Assembly (NCBI GenBank): GCA_038231275.1
Contig: JBBRLQ010000015.1
Location: 149,207-213,206 of the forward strand
Source: Polyangiales bacterium
Lineage (GTDB): Bacteria > Myxococcota_A > Polyangia > Polyangiales > Polyangiaceae
Direction: 5' to 3'
Length of the DNA: 64,000 nt
The notes under the pieces are model-generated. The model was not told where the DNA came from and searched no databases. It saw only the letters and a list, made by a program, of their open reading frames with translations. Position 1 is the first letter of the stretch. Each line of letters opens with the position of its first letter. This document shows positions 47,875 through 58,014 of this stretch, in pieces. Position numbers and translations under genes: made by a program.

Positions 47875-48327
47875 TTACTTCACGCAGTTGCAGGTGACGG
47901 CGTCGAAGTGCTGACCGGCCATGCACTGCAGGACCTGCGGACACATCGTTCCGCCCGTCGGAGCCGCAGCACCGGCAACGCAGGTGCACGCGACGTTGTC
48001 GAAGTGCTTGTCCTTCGTGCACATGATGCGTTGGATGCAGCCCTTACCGGCGGGCGGAGCGCCTGCGTCGGGGGGAGCCGTCGCCGTTCCCGACGAGCCT
48101 CCAGACGACGTACCGCCCGAGGTCGAGCCCGACGAGCCGCCCGAGGTCGAGCCCGACGACGAGCCGACCGGCGGCGTGACCGTCGCGTCCGGGGTCGAAG
48201 GCATGCCCGCGTCGGTCGAGACCGGCGGCACGTCGGTCGGCGTGACCGGCGGCGTGTTGTTCACGACGCAGCCGAAAAACAGGGCCGCGGCAAAAGCGGA
48301 GAGAATGGAAGTAGGGACGGTTCGCAT
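47875..48327 (-). CDS. Small Cys-rich lipoprotein
   Basis: Lipobox FFGC; Ser/Gly linker; two C-x5-C..HFD...C.CV repeats. Confidence 0.65.
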   Translation of the reverse strand: MRTVPTSILSAFAAALFFGCVVNNTPPVTPTDVPPVSTDAGMPSTPDATVTPPVGSSSGSTSGGSSGSTSGGTSSGGSSGTATAPPDAGAPPAGKGCIQRIMCTKDKHFDNVACTCVAGAAAPTGGTMCPQVLQCMAGQHFDAVTCNCVK

Positions 48328-48373
48328 CGAGCCTCGTAGGGGAAGTCGGGGAGGGTTACAGTAGTCCGGAACC

Positions 48374-49123
48374 ATGCGCGGGGTCAGCATTCTTCTGTTT
48401 GTCGCTCTCGTTTCATGCGGAAGCACATCGCCATCGCCGTCGGGATCCTCTTCTTCTTCCGGTTCAGGCACGTCTTCTTCGTCGGGCGCCTCGGGAGGTT
48501 CTTCTTCTTCGTCTTCCGGATCCACGGCGCCGATCGGCGAGCTGCAGCACGGCGTGGCGACGTTCTACGCGGCGGACGGGAACGGCGACTGTTCGTTCGG
48601 GGCGAGCCCCAATGACTTGGACGTTGCCGCGATGAACGCGACGCAATACGCGACCGCAGCGGCGTGCGGCGAGTGCGTCGACGTGACGGGCCCGAACGGC
48701 AAGGTCACGGTGCGTATCGTCGACAAGTGTCCGGATTGCGCTGACAAACAGCTCGACCTGAGCAAGCAAGCGTTCGCGAAGATCGCCCCTGTGTCGGCCG
48801 GCCGCGTGGACGTGACGTGGCAGGTCGCGCCGTGCGGCGTCAGCGGTCCGGTATCGTATTTTTACAAGGACGGGAGCTCGCAGTACTGGACGGCGATCCA
48901 GGTGCGGAACCACCGGCTGCCCATCGCGAAGCTCGAGGTGCAGAAGGCCGGCGTCTACGCGGAGGTCGCGCGTGCAGACTACAACTATTTCGTCGACGAC
49001 AAAGGAGCGGGGACCGGGCCCGTGAAGGTGCGCATCACGGCGACCGACGGGCAGAGGCTCGAGGACGTTCTCCCGGCGGTCGTCGCGAGCACGGCGGCGC
49101 AAGGCGCAGGGCAGTTTCGGTGA
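48374..49123 (+). CDS. Bacterial expansin (EXLX1/YoaJ-like) lipoprotein
   Basis: ATFY..GNGDCSF, CGECV, VRIVDKCPDC, LDLS..AFAKI (DPBB domain); YWTAIQVRNHRLPI and YNYF (CBM63). Confidence 0.92.
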   Translation: MRGVSILLFVALVSCGSTSPSPSGSSSSSGSGTSSSSGASGGSSSSSSGSTAPIGELQHGVATFYAADGNGDCSFGASPNDLDVAAMNATQYATAAACGECVDVTGPNGKVTVRIVDKCPDCADKQLDLSKQAFAKIAPVSAGRVDVTWQVAPCGVSGPVSYFYKDGSSQYWTAIQVRNHRLPIAKLEVQKAGVYAEVARADYNYFVDDKGAGTGPVKVRITATDGQRLEDVLPAVVASTAAQGAGQFR

Positions 49124-50037
49124 GGAGGGTCGGCGGCGCGGTCGCGGTCATGGTGGTGATCGCGGTCGCGGTCGGCGTCGGGGTCGGAGGCTGCTCGCGG
49201 AACGGGCCCGAGGCGCCGCCGCCGGTCGCGGTCGTGGTCGCGGACGCTGCGGTCGCGGTGGCGGAGCAGGCGGAGGCCGACGCGGGGCCCCTCACCGCAT
49301 GGACCGATCCCGGCGCGGTCCGCGCGCTCACGAAATCGTGCGCGTTCGATCCGACGATGCGCGGACACGGACCGCTCTCGTGCGCGTTCGACTTCGAGCA
49401 GTCGTGCGTGCCCGATCCCTGCGAGGACGAGCGCCGCGAGACGTGCGCCGCGGAGTGCGGAAACACCTGCGCGACCTGCGGACAGACGTGCGTAACCCAA
49501 TGCGTAGCCTGCAAGGCGCCCTGCCGCGACGAAGCGTGCCGGCGCGCCTGCGCGGTCTCGTGTGGACGCTGCCGCCAGGACTGCATCGGCGCGCGCGACC
49601 GCTGCTCCACGGGCCATTGCGGCGACGAGTACAAGGGCTGCCGCGCGCGCCTCGTCACGTCGTGGATCACGAACCGATGCGACTCGGTGTGCGCGCCATT
49701 CATCGCGTGCCGGAACAAATGCGCCGAGCGCGACAAGGACGGCGAAGACTGCACCCTGACTTGCTACGACAAGGTGCCCGGCGCGCGCGCGTGCAAGCCC
49801 AACGAGATGATCTGCGAGGCGATGACCTACGCCGCCGAGCGCCGAGAGGTCGACCCGAAGTGGAAGGCGAACGGCTGCGACGCGGTGTGCGAGCGCATCT
49901 GGGCGTGCGCGCGGACGGCGTGCGAGAAGAAGGGCTGCGGCGAGGCGATCAAGGAGTTCGAGGGCTGCCGCGCGCGCACGCTGAAAGCCGGCGCGTGCGG
50001 CGCGAGCACGCTTCTCTGCCCGCAAGCCTGGGAGTAA
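49120..50037 (+). CDS. Extremely Cys-rich lipoprotein
   Basis: GTGA overlap with the expansin stop; lipobox VGGC; long runs of CxxxC/CxxC. Confidence 0.7.
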   Translation: MRRVGGAVAVMVVIAVAVGVGVGGCSRNGPEAPPPVAVVVADAAVAVAEQAEADAGPLTAWTDPGAVRALTKSCAFDPTMRGHGPLSCAFDFEQSCVPDPCEDERRETCAAECGNTCATCGQTCVTQCVACKAPCRDEACRRACAVSCGRCRQDCIGARDRCSTGHCGDEYKGCRARLVTSWITNRCDSVCAPFIACRNKCAERDKDGEDCTLTCYDKVPGARACKPNEMICEAMTYAAERREVDPKWKANGCDAVCERIWACARTACEKKGCGEAIKEFEGCRARTLKAGACGASTLLCPQAWE

Positions 50038-50064
50038 TGCTCTACGACTCAGCGAGTGCAGCGA

Positions 50065-50091
50065 CTACAGGCGCTACAGGCGCTACAGGTG
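50065..50091. repeat. Short intergenic tandem repeat
   Basis: CTACAGGCG x2 plus CTACAGGTG upstream of the SDR gene. Confidence 0.7.
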
Positions 50092-50143
50092 TACGCAACG
50101 CGCCCGATGCAGCGGGCATCCAAGCTGCAAACAAGGGGGAAGC

Positions 50144-51013
50144 ATGGCACTCATGAGCGGCAAGACGGTCCTGATCACCGGCGCCAACCAGGGCATCGGC
50201 AAGCAGTCGGCGATCGCGCTCGGCAAGATGGGGGCGAAGCTCGTCCTCGTGTGCCGCAGCGAAGAGAAGGGCCGCGCCGCCGTGCGCGACGTCGAGGCCG
50301 CGGGCGCCAAGGACGTCGAGCTCCTCCTCGGCGACATGTCGAAGCAGGCCGACATCCGCCGCGTCGCGAGCGAGTTTCTCGCGAAGCACGATCGCCTCGA
50401 CGTCCTCTTGAACAACGCCGGCGTCCTCGTCACCTCGCGTCGCGAGACGGCGGACGGCATCGAGGAGACCTTCGGCACCAACCACCTCGGCTACTTCCTG
50501 CTCACGAACCTGCTCACCGACGTCCTCAAGAAGAGCGCCCCGGCGCGCGTGGTGAACGTCGCGAGCGAGGCGCACCGCAGCGCCAAGGTGCGCTGGGACG
50601 ACATCCAGATGAAAGACGGCTGGAGCTCGTTCGCCTCGTACGGGCAGTCCAAGCTTTGCAACATCCTCTTCACGCGCGAGCTGGCCAAGCGCCTCGAGGG
50701 GACAGGCGTGACCGCGAACTGCCTCCACCCCGGCGTCATCGCGAGCGGGTTCGGGCAAACGTACGGCGGCTTCATGAGCTTCATCATCAAGCTCGCACAT
50801 CCGTTCATGATCACCCCGGAGAAGGGCGCGCGCACGCAGGTGTACCTCGCGTCGTCCCCCGAGGTGGAGGGCGTGACCGGGAAATATTTCGACAAGTGCA
50901 AGGAACGCACGCCCAACAAGGCCGCGGAGGAGCCCGACGCCCCCGCGCGCCTCTGGGCGATCAGCGAGGAGCTCACGGGCCTCACGTCGAAGTCCAAGTC
51001 CGCCGCCGCCTGA
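50144..51013 (+). CDS. Short-chain dehydrogenase/reductase (retinol dehydrogenase-like)
   Basis: TGANQGIG, NNAG, NHLGYF, YGQSK and HPG motifs. Confidence 0.92.
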   Translation: MALMSGKTVLITGANQGIGKQSAIALGKMGAKLVLVCRSEEKGRAAVRDVEAAGAKDVELLLGDMSKQADIRRVASEFLAKHDRLDVLLNNAGVLVTSRRETADGIEETFGTNHLGYFLLTNLLTDVLKKSAPARVVNVASEAHRSAKVRWDDIQMKDGWSSFASYGQSKLCNILFTRELAKRLEGTGVTANCLHPGVIASGFGQTYGGFMSFIIKLAHPFMITPEKGARTQVYLASSPEVEGVTGKYFDKCKERTPNKAAEEPDAPARLWAISEELTGLTSKSKSAAA

Positions 51014-51087
51014 CCGTTCCGGGCGAGCGATCGCTCGGCACGGCGCATCTTCGTGTGTACTCTGCACGCTGCGAGGAGGGCACGCGC

Positions 51088-51477
51088 ATGGCAAAAGGGC
51101 TCGATCACCTGATTCTCACCGTCAGCGACGCGCGCGCGAGCGCAGAGTTCTACGCGCGCATCCTCGGCTTCGCGTCCGAAGGGCAGGACGGACCGTTCAC
51201 GGTGCTTCGCGTGAACGAGGGGCTGACGCTGCAGCTCGCGCCCTGGGGCACGAAGGGCGGCGAGCACCTCGCCTTCGCCATGCCACGTGCGGAGTTCGAC
51301 GAAACGTTCACGCGCATCAAGGCCGGCGGCGTCCCCTACGGCGACACGTTCCACGAGGTCGGCAACGGGAAGGGACCCGGCGACGAGGCGGGCGCGCGCG
51401 GAATCGGCAAGGCCGTCTACTTCTTCGATCCCGACAAGCACCTCCTCGAAATCCGCCACTACGACGCGACAACCTGA
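51088..51477 (+). CDS. VOC/glyoxalase family protein
   Basis: LDHLILTVSD..S.EFY, HLAF and YFFDPDKHLLEI motifs; GAGGAGG SD. Confidence 0.9.
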   Translation: MAKGLDHLILTVSDARASAEFYARILGFASEGQDGPFTVLRVNEGLTLQLAPWGTKGGEHLAFAMPRAEFDETFTRIKAGGVPYGDTFHEVGNGKGPGDEAGARGIGKAVYFFDPDKHLLEIRHYDATT

Positions 51478-51601
51478 CGCGCCGGCCCCAGCCGCGCCGG
51501 ATCCTCGGGGCGTGCCGCCGCGCGCTCGACCGCTAGGGCCCGTGAACCGCGCGTGAACGCGCGAAGACTCACGCCGTCACGGTTCTTGCTGAAGGGTCGT
51601 C

Positions 51602-52045
51602 ATGCGTGCCCTTCCCGCAATCGTTCACGCGGCGTTCGTCCTGATCGGCGCGGCGGCGGCGAGCGGCTGCTCGGGCACGGGTCACCCGCGCGCGATGCGA
51701 GAGAGCCGCGGATCGCCCTACACCTTGCCTGTCGTGCCCGGAAGCAGCGGCGTCGTCGGAGGCGGCACCGCGACCGGCGGCGGCGGGCAACGAACCGGCG
51801 ACGCTCCACCGACGCCGAGCCCCCCGAGCTCGCCTCCTACGCCCCCCTCGACCTCGCCGCAGTCCACCTCGAGCTGCGAAGCGCTCGGCCAGTGCTGCGC
51901 GGGCCTCGTCGCCGACGACGAAGCGGCGTGCATCGCGGTCGTCCAGGCGCACGATCCGGCCTACTGCGAGCAAGGCGTCCAGCGCTTTTGCTGGAACGTC
52001 CAAATCTGCGGCGCCGACGGCTGCTCCTCACACGACGGCCCGTGA
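51602..52045 (+). CDS. Hypothetical Cys-rich lipoprotein
   Basis: Lipobox ASGC; Pro/Ser linker; CEALGQCC motif. Confidence 0.55.
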   Translation: MRALPAIVHAAFVLIGAAAASGCSGTGHPRAMRESRGSPYTLPVVPGSSGVVGGGTATGGGGQRTGDAPPTPSPPSSPPTPPSTSPQSTSSCEALGQCCAGLVADDEAACIAVVQAHDPAYCEQGVQRFCWNVQICGADGCSSHDGP

Positions 52046-52052
52046 TCCGCGC

Positions 52053-53768
52053 TCACCCTCGGACGATCGGCAAATACTCCGGCGTATAGAACCGCGACTC
52101 CACGTACGCGCGCACTTCGGCGGTCGTGCGTGTCCGCGCCGTCGCGACACCGTCGGCCATCGCGCGCAGGTAGACGCGCTCGGCGACTAGCTTGGAGACG
52201 CGCTGGAGCTCGGACACCGGCGGGAACATGGCCTCCGGGTGGTTCTCCTTCGTGAACTCCGCGAGCGCGTACGCGGCGTCGACGACCATACCGTCGGTGA
52301 TCTCGCGCGCCGCGCTCAGGATGGCGCCGAAGCCGAGGCCAGGGAAGATGAAGGCGTTGTTGCCCTGGCCGATCGCGATCGACTTGCCGTTCACGACGAC
52401 CGGCGCGAAGGGGCTGCCGCTGGCGACGAGCGCGGCGCCGTTCGTCCACGCGAGCAGATCCGACGGGCTCGCCTCCGCCGACGCCGTCGGGTTCGACAGC
52501 GCGAAGATCACCGGGCGCGCGGTGTTCTTGGCCATCGCCTCAACGATCGGCCGCTCGAACGCGCCGTGCTGGCCCGAGAGACCGAGCAGCACCGTCGCCT
52601 TCGCCTGCTGCACCGTCTCGAGCAGATCCGGTGAGCCCGCCGCCGACGGCCACGACGCGATCCCCTCGCGCGAGTGCGCGAAGATGCGCTTGTACTCCTC
52701 CATCTCGCGATCGACCGTGAGGAGCCCCTTCGAGTCGAGCACGTACATCCGAGCGCGCGCCTCCTCGGGCGACGCGCCGTCGGCGATCATCCCGCGCCAG
52801 ATCGCGAGCGCGACGCCGACGCCGCCGGCTCCCGCTCCATGGATGACGACGCGTTGATCCCGCAATCGCTCGCCCCGCAATCGGCACGCCGAGAGGACGC
52901 CCGCCAGCGTCACCGCGCCGGTCCCCTGGATGTCGTCGTTGAACGACGGCGTCACGCGGCGGTAGCGCTCGAGGACCGTGAACGCTGTGTCCTTCGCGAG
53001 ATCCTCCCACTGGATGACCGCGCCGGGCCAGCGCGCCTTCACCGCGTCGACGAACTGGTCGAGAAACGCCAGGTACTCCTCCCCCTTGAGCCGCCGCTCG
53101 CGCGTGCCGAGGTAGAGGGGATCGCTTCTCAGATCCGTTCGTTCGGTCCCGACGTCGAGGAGCACCGGCATCGTGTTCACCGGCGCGACGCCGCCGCCCG
53201 CGGTGTAGAGGGCGAGCTTGCCGATCGAAATCGCGAGGCCGCCGTACCCTTGATCGCCGATGCCGAGGATGGCCGACGCGTCGGTGGCGACGATCATCCG
53301 CACGTCCTCGAACGGATAGTTCTGGATGGCCTGCTTCGCGCGCCCGATGTTCCGCGCCGAGAGCGAGATGCCGCGCGGCGTCTGGTAGAGGAGGTGGAAT
53401 TTCTTGACCGCATCGCCGACGGTCGGCGTGTAGACGATGGGGAGCATCTCCTCGAGGTGGCCTACGAGGGTGGCGTAAAAGAGGGTCTCGTGGCGGTCCT
53501 GGAGGGAGCGCAGGTACTGGTATTTGGCCAGATCCGTGGGCTGGTCGCGGTAGCCGAGCATGATGCGGTCGACCTGCTGCTCGAGGCGGTTCACGAGCGG
53601 CGGCAGGAGACCGTCGAGGCAGAGAGCAATTCGTTCCTCTTCCGTGAACGCGGTGCCCTTGTTGATGAGGGGGAGCCGCAGGAGCGCCACACCATCGACG
53701 AAGACCTTCATGATCTTCCGGCCGTTCGCGTCTCGTTCGATCGAAAAGAGCTTGCTCGTGCGTCCCAT
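52053..53768 (-). CDS. maeA: NAD-dependent malic enzyme
   Basis: [49 protein letters not shown] and [11 protein letters not shown] motifs. Confidence 0.93.
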   Translation of the reverse strand: MGRTSKLFSIERDANGRKIMKVFVDGVALLRLPLINKGTAFTEEERIALCLDGLLPPLVNRLEQQVDRIMLGYRDQPTDLAKYQYLRSLQDRHETLFYATLVGHLEEMLPIVYTPTVGDAVKKFHLLYQTPRGISLSARNIGRAKQAIQNYPFEDVRMIVATDASAILGIGDQGYGGLAISIGKLALYTAGGGVAPVNTMPVLLDVGTERTDLRSDPLYLGTRERRLKGEEYLAFLDQFVDAVKARWPGAVIQWEDLAKDTAFTVLERYRRVTPSFNDDIQGTGAVTLAGVLSACRLRGERLRDQRVVIHGAGAGGVGVALAIWRGMIADGASPEEARARMYVLDSKGLLTVDREMEEYKRIFAHSREGIASWPSAAGSPDLLETVQQAKATVLLGLSGQHGAFERPIVEAMAKNTARPVIFALSNPTASAEASPSDLLAWTNGAALVASGSPFAPVVVNGKSIAIGQGNNAFIFPGLGFGAILSAAREITDGMVVDAAYALAEFTKENHPEAMFPPVSELQRVSKLVAERVYLRAMADGVATARTRTTAEVRAYVESRFYTPEYLPIVRG

Positions 53769-53865
53769 GGGGTCTGGCTCCGGGGGCACGGTAGCGCATT
53801 TAAGCCGCAAAGGAGACGCGCCGGCGGGTCGCATTTTCGGCTTTCGCGTGTAGGCTGCGCGCCAA

Positions 53866-56010
53866 ATGCGCCGCTCTTTGCTTCCGGGAAGCCTCCTCGC
53901 CTTGATCCTCGTTGCGTGCGCCACCGGCGGCCAGGAGACGAACGCCAACACCGGCTTCCTCGAAGGCGGAGCGGGGGGCGACGGCGGCATCGACGGTCCG
54001 GTCGGCACCGGCCAGTCGTGCGTCCACAACGACGACTGCACCGGGCCCAACCTCTGCCAGAACGGCCAGGCGTGCCTCGGCGGCCAGTGCGTCGTCACCG
54101 GCAAGACGATGAACTGCGACGACGGCGTCCCGTGCACCGACGACACGTGCGACGCGAACGCCAACAAATGCACGCACAAGGCGAACGACACGAGCTGCCC
54201 CGCCGACTCGTACTGCGACCTCACGCTCAACTGCGTCGCGACGCTCCCGTGCACGCCGGGCGACGCCGTGTGCGATCGCCTCGGCACCGACGTGTGCCAG
54301 GGCCTGTGGACGTGCGACCCGACCGCGAAGCACTGCATCCACAACCCCAAGCCGTGCCCCGATCGCCCGAACGCGACGACGAGCTGCACCGGCACCGTCG
54401 GCGCCACCAAATGCAGCTGGGTGTGCCTCGCCGGCTACGCGGACGGCAACGGCGACTTGCAAGTGCAGCCTCCGGGCGCATCGGACGGCTGCGAGTGCCA
54501 CGGCGCCAGTGGCAACGACGTCCCGGATTACCCCGGCTTCGCCGACACGAACTGCGACGGGATCGACGGCGACATCGCGAAGGCGATCTTCGTCGACACG
54601 GTCACCGGCAACGACTCGAACCCCGGGACGATGGCGTTGCCGAAGAAGACGATCGGCGCGGGCATCACCGCCGGCGCTGCGGCGGCCCCGTCCAAGGACG
54701 TGTACGTCTCGAAGGGCCTCTACGCCGAGCACGTGATCATGAAGGACGGCGTCGGCGTCTACGGCGGGTACGACGCGGCGGCGCAGTGGAAGCGCGCGAC
54801 GGCGAACACGACGACGATCGATACGAGCGCGGGCGCGAGCACGAACACGGTGGCCGTCCTCGCGGCAAACCTCGCCAAGGCGACGGAGCTCCAGCTCATG
54901 ACCGTGAAGTCGGCGAGCGCGAGCGGGCAAGCGCCGAACGGCGACGGCCTCAGCAGCATCGGCGTCCTCGTCTTGAGCACGTCCGCGAACTTCACGATTC
55001 GCGGCTGCACCATCACCGCCGGAAGCGGCACGGCGGGCGGCACCGGCGCCAACGGTCCACAAGGCGTGACCGGCAGCGTCGGCGGAAACGGGAGCGGGTC
55101 CAGCCCCGGCGGCGTGGGCGCGTCGACGTGCGGCGGCACTGGCGGCGTCGGCGGCACTGGGATGAACGGGAAGACGCAGGGCGGCGGCGGTGGTCAGGGC
55201 ACGCAACCGGCTGGCGGCGGCACCGGCGCGCCCGGTGGAAACGGCGGCGGCGCGGGCACGTGCAACCTCACCTCGTCGAGCCAAGGCGGCGCGGCCCCCG
55301 CGGTCACGACGGCAGGCGGCGTCGGAAACCCCGGCGCGAACGGGAACGCAGGCCCGAGCATCGGCACGCTCGACGCGAGCGGCCTCTACATCGCCGCGTC
55401 GGGCGGGGCGGGCCTCGGCGCCGGCGCATCGGGCGGCGGCGGCGGCGGCGGCGGTGGCGGCGGCGGGAGCGCGCACGGCACCTTCGGAAACGCCTGCACC
55501 GACTGCGGCGCAAACGTCTCGGGCGGCGGCGGTGGTGGTGGCGGCGGCGGCGGATGCGGCGGCAACCCTGCGCCCGGCGGACACGGCGGCGGCGGCAGCT
55601 TCGCGATCGCGATGGTCACCTCGCTCGTGGTCGTCGACGCCACGACGATGACCACCGCGAACGGCGGCAACGGCGGCAACGGCGGCAACGGCGGCAACGG
55701 CGGCACGGGCGGCAACGGCGGCATCGGCGTCCCGGGCAGCGTCGACAGCAACCTGTGCAGCACGCAGAACGGCGGCGCGGGCGCGAACGGATCGAACGGC
55801 GGTCCGGGAGGCCAGGGCGGCGGCGGCGGCGGCGGCACCGGCGGCCCGTCGGTGTGCATCCTCTACAAAGGGACCGCGCCGGGCACGCCAAGCCCCAACC
55901 CGTGCAGCAGCGGATCGGGCGGCGGCGGCGGCAGCGGCGGCTCGAACGGCCTGCAAGCGGCGGCGCCTGGGGCGACCGGCGTGAGCGGCGCGCAAGTGGC
56001 GGCGCAGTAG
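53866..56010 (+). CDS. Cys-rich and Gly-rich (PGRS-like) surface lipoprotein with DUF1565-like segment
   Basis: Lipobox [16 protein letters not shown] repeat; [26 protein letters not shown]; GGxGGxGG tracts. Confidence 0.8.
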   Translation: MRRSLLPGSLLALILVACATGGQETNANTGFLEGGAGGDGGIDGPVGTGQSCVHNDDCTGPNLCQNGQACLGGQCVVTGKTMNCDDGVPCTDDTCDANANKCTHKANDTSCPADSYCDLTLNCVATLPCTPGDAVCDRLGTDVCQGLWTCDPTAKHCIHNPKPCPDRPNATTSCTGTVGATKCSWVCLAGYADGNGDLQVQPPGASDGCECHGASGNDVPDYPGFADTNCDGIDGDIAKAIFVDTVTGNDSNPGTMALPKKTIGAGITAGAAAAPSKDVYVSKGLYAEHVIMKDGVGVYGGYDAAAQWKRATANTTTIDTSAGASTNTVAVLAANLAKATELQLMTVKSASASGQAPNGDGLSSIGVLVLSTSANFTIRGCTITAGSGTAGGTGANGPQGVTGSVGGNGSGSSPGGVGASTCGGTGGVGGTGMNGKTQGGGGGQGTQPAGGGTGAPGGNGGGAGTCNLTSSSQGGAAPAVTTAGGVGNPGANGNAGPSIGTLDASGLYIAASGGAGLGAGASGGGGGGGGGGGGSAHGTFGNACTDCGANVSGGGGGGGGGGGCGGNPAPGGHGGGGSFAIAMVTSLVVVDATTMTTANGGNGGNGGNGGNGGTGGNGGIGVPGSVDSNLCSTQNGGAGANGSNGGPGGQGGGGGGGTGGPSVCILYKGTAPGTPSPNPCSSGSGGGGGSGGSNGLQAAAPGATGVSGAQVAAQ

Positions 56011-56061
56011 ATCGCGGCCGACGAGCGTAGCGGAAACGGCCAGAGCAGCGAGAGCAAGACG

Positions 56062-57354
56062 ATGCGTTCGCGCGCGAACCACGGCCTCATGACGGCGAGC
56101 GCCGCGGTGGGCGCGCTCGCCCTCGTCGCGGGCGCCGCGCCCGGCTGCGGCTCGTCGAAATCGAACGGCGGCTTCGACGACGCGGGGCTCCAAGTCTTCT
56201 GCGGCACACCCGATTGCGATCACGACGGGTACGACGCCCCCGCCGACTGCGACGATGGCGATCCCAACGTCAACCCCGAGGCCTACGACTTCAAGGGCAA
56301 CGGCCTCGACGACGACTGCAGCGGCAAGGCCGACGATCCCGTCGAGTCGTGCGAGACGATCCCCGGGGCGGCCCCCGGCTCGCCGACCGACTTCGCGCGC
56401 GCAGCCGATCTCTGCGCGCAGCGATCGATCACGAAGAGCGGGGCACCGTTCGATCCGCTCGTCACCGCGTCGTGGGGTCAGGTGAAGGGCATCGGCCCCG
56501 GCCAGCGCATCTGGATCTCCGCGACCAAGCCGCAGCAGCAGACGAACATCGTCTCCGGCTTTGGCGGAAACGCGCCGCGCCAGGGCAAGACGATGGTGGG
56601 CCTCGCCAACGGCCCGTGGGGCGCGCTCGATCCGCGCAGCTCACCGCCGCTCGACGATCCACAATTCAAGCTGAACGACGCGTGCGCCGACATCCCCCTG
56701 CTCGGCGCCGACTGCACCGCCCTCACCAACGGCGCGCCGGCCGGCAGCCTCTCGGTGCAAGACTGGGCGGAGCTCACGCTCCAAGTGAAGGTGCCGTCGA
56801 ACGCGCATGCGATGGCGTTCGACTTCGCGTTCTTCAGCTCCGAGTTCAACCAGTTCTGGAGCTCCGCGCTCAACGACGCGTTCTTCGTCCTCGTGACGAG
56901 CACGTCGAGCACGGGTCTCGCGGGCGCCAACGTGGCGAAGGACGATCACGGCCTCGCGATCACGGTGAACAGCGGCTTCTTCCAGCTCTGCCCCGCCGCG
57001 CCAGGCCCCGCCGGCCTCTCGCAGGACAAGGCCGCGGGGCTCCAGCAGTGCGTCGGCCTCGACGGAAGCGCGACGGCGAATGTGACCGGCACCCTGCGCG
57101 GCACCGGCTACGACGGCGCGGCCGCAGGCACCGACGACACCGTCCACGCCGTCAACGGCAACCTCTACGTCTACGGCGGGGGCAGCGGCTGGCTCACCGG
57201 CCGCTTCCCCGTCGCGCCGCGCGAGACGCTCACGATGCGCGTCATCGTCCTCGACACGTTCGACGGAATCAAAGACTCCGCCGTCCTCGTCGACAAGCTC
57301 ACCTGGGAGCCTGTCAGCGGCTCGGGCGTCCAGCGCCCGCCGCCGATCAAGTGA
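56062..57354 (+). CDS. Secreted protein with putative metal-binding repeat and choice-of-anchor L-like domain
   Basis: DHDGY..DCDDGDP.VNPEA...NGLDDDCSG; FDFAFFSSEF..NDAF; DTFDGIKDSAVLVD. Confidence 0.7.
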   Translation: MRSRANHGLMTASAAVGALALVAGAAPGCGSSKSNGGFDDAGLQVFCGTPDCDHDGYDAPADCDDGDPNVNPEAYDFKGNGLDDDCSGKADDPVESCETIPGAAPGSPTDFARAADLCAQRSITKSGAPFDPLVTASWGQVKGIGPGQRIWISATKPQQQTNIVSGFGGNAPRQGKTMVGLANGPWGALDPRSSPPLDDPQFKLNDACADIPLLGADCTALTNGAPAGSLSVQDWAELTLQVKVPSNAHAMAFDFAFFSSEFNQFWSSALNDAFFVLVTSTSSTGLAGANVAKDDHGLAITVNSGFFQLCPAAPGPAGLSQDKAAGLQQCVGLDGSATANVTGTLRGTGYDGAAAGTDDTVHAVNGNLYVYGGGSGWLTGRFPVAPRETLTMRVIVLDTFDGIKDSAVLVDKLTWEPVSGSGVQRPPPIK

Positions 57355-57388
57355 CGATCACGCGCCGCACGCCGGTCGCGTCGATCGC

Positions 57389-57895
57389 TCAGTACGTGCG
57401 CATCGTGTGGAGCGCTTCGTAGATGCCAGGGTGGTGCTTCTCGAAGCCCGGCACGGTGCCGGTGCCGAGGACGACGGCGCCCTTCTGCGCGTTCTTCTTG
57501 TCGGTGATGAGGAGCAGGAAGAACTTGCCGGGCGCGCCGTTCTTCTCCTTGCCGACGCCGAACAGCTCGATGCCGATGAAGTTGTTCCACTCGACGCGCT
57601 TGGCGTGCTTCTCGACCTGGATGTCGTTGAAGTGGTGACGCAGAAACGTGAGCGCGTGCTCCTCGTCGGCCGCTTCTTGGCCGAGGCCGTGCTCGGTCCC
57701 CTGCATGCGGAGGTGGAACGTCTGATCCTTCGGGTGCGCGACGGAGTAGTTGCCCTCGGCGGTGATGGTCCAGTTGTCGGGGACGTCGACGATGAAATGA
57801 GCCTTGGGCTCACGCAGCTCGGTCGCGGAAGCAGGAGCGGCGGCGAACAGCGCGGCGGTGACGAGCACGGACGCGAGAGCGGTGCGAATGCGCAT
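57389..57895 (-). CDS. Secreted hypothetical protein
   Basis: Signal peptide ending ASA; GAGG SD; strong codon bias. Confidence 0.75.
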   Translation of the reverse strand: MRIRTALASVLVTAALFAAAPASATELREPKAHFIVDVPDNWTITAEGNYSVAHPKDQTFHLRMQGTEHGLGQEAADEEHALTFLRHHFNDIQVEKHAKRVEWNNFIGIELFGVGKEKNGAPGKFFLLLITDKKNAQKGAVVLGTGTVPGFEKHHPGIYEALHTMRTY

Positions 57896-58014
57896 GGAGG
57901 TTTTCCCCTCGGTGAATGTGGATGAGACGGGCGGAAGATAGGAAAGCGCGGCCGGTCTGACGAGCAGAAAGACGCTCGAATTCAGCCTATTTCGGCTCTC
58001 CGCCGCGTCTCATT

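Noticed and set aside
55020..56010. Mycobacterial PE-PGRS gene acquired horizontally
   Set aside because: No PE domain; lipobox and Cys-rich repeats are typical of myxobacterial proteins, and the Gly-rich similarity is low-complexity
52674..56030. 1118-aa ORF and many other long Arg/Ala-rich ORFs (e.g. 3748-6015, 14291-16564, 44794-47004)
   Set aside because: Shadow frames of real genes in high-GC DNA; they have no motifs and overlap well-supported CDSs
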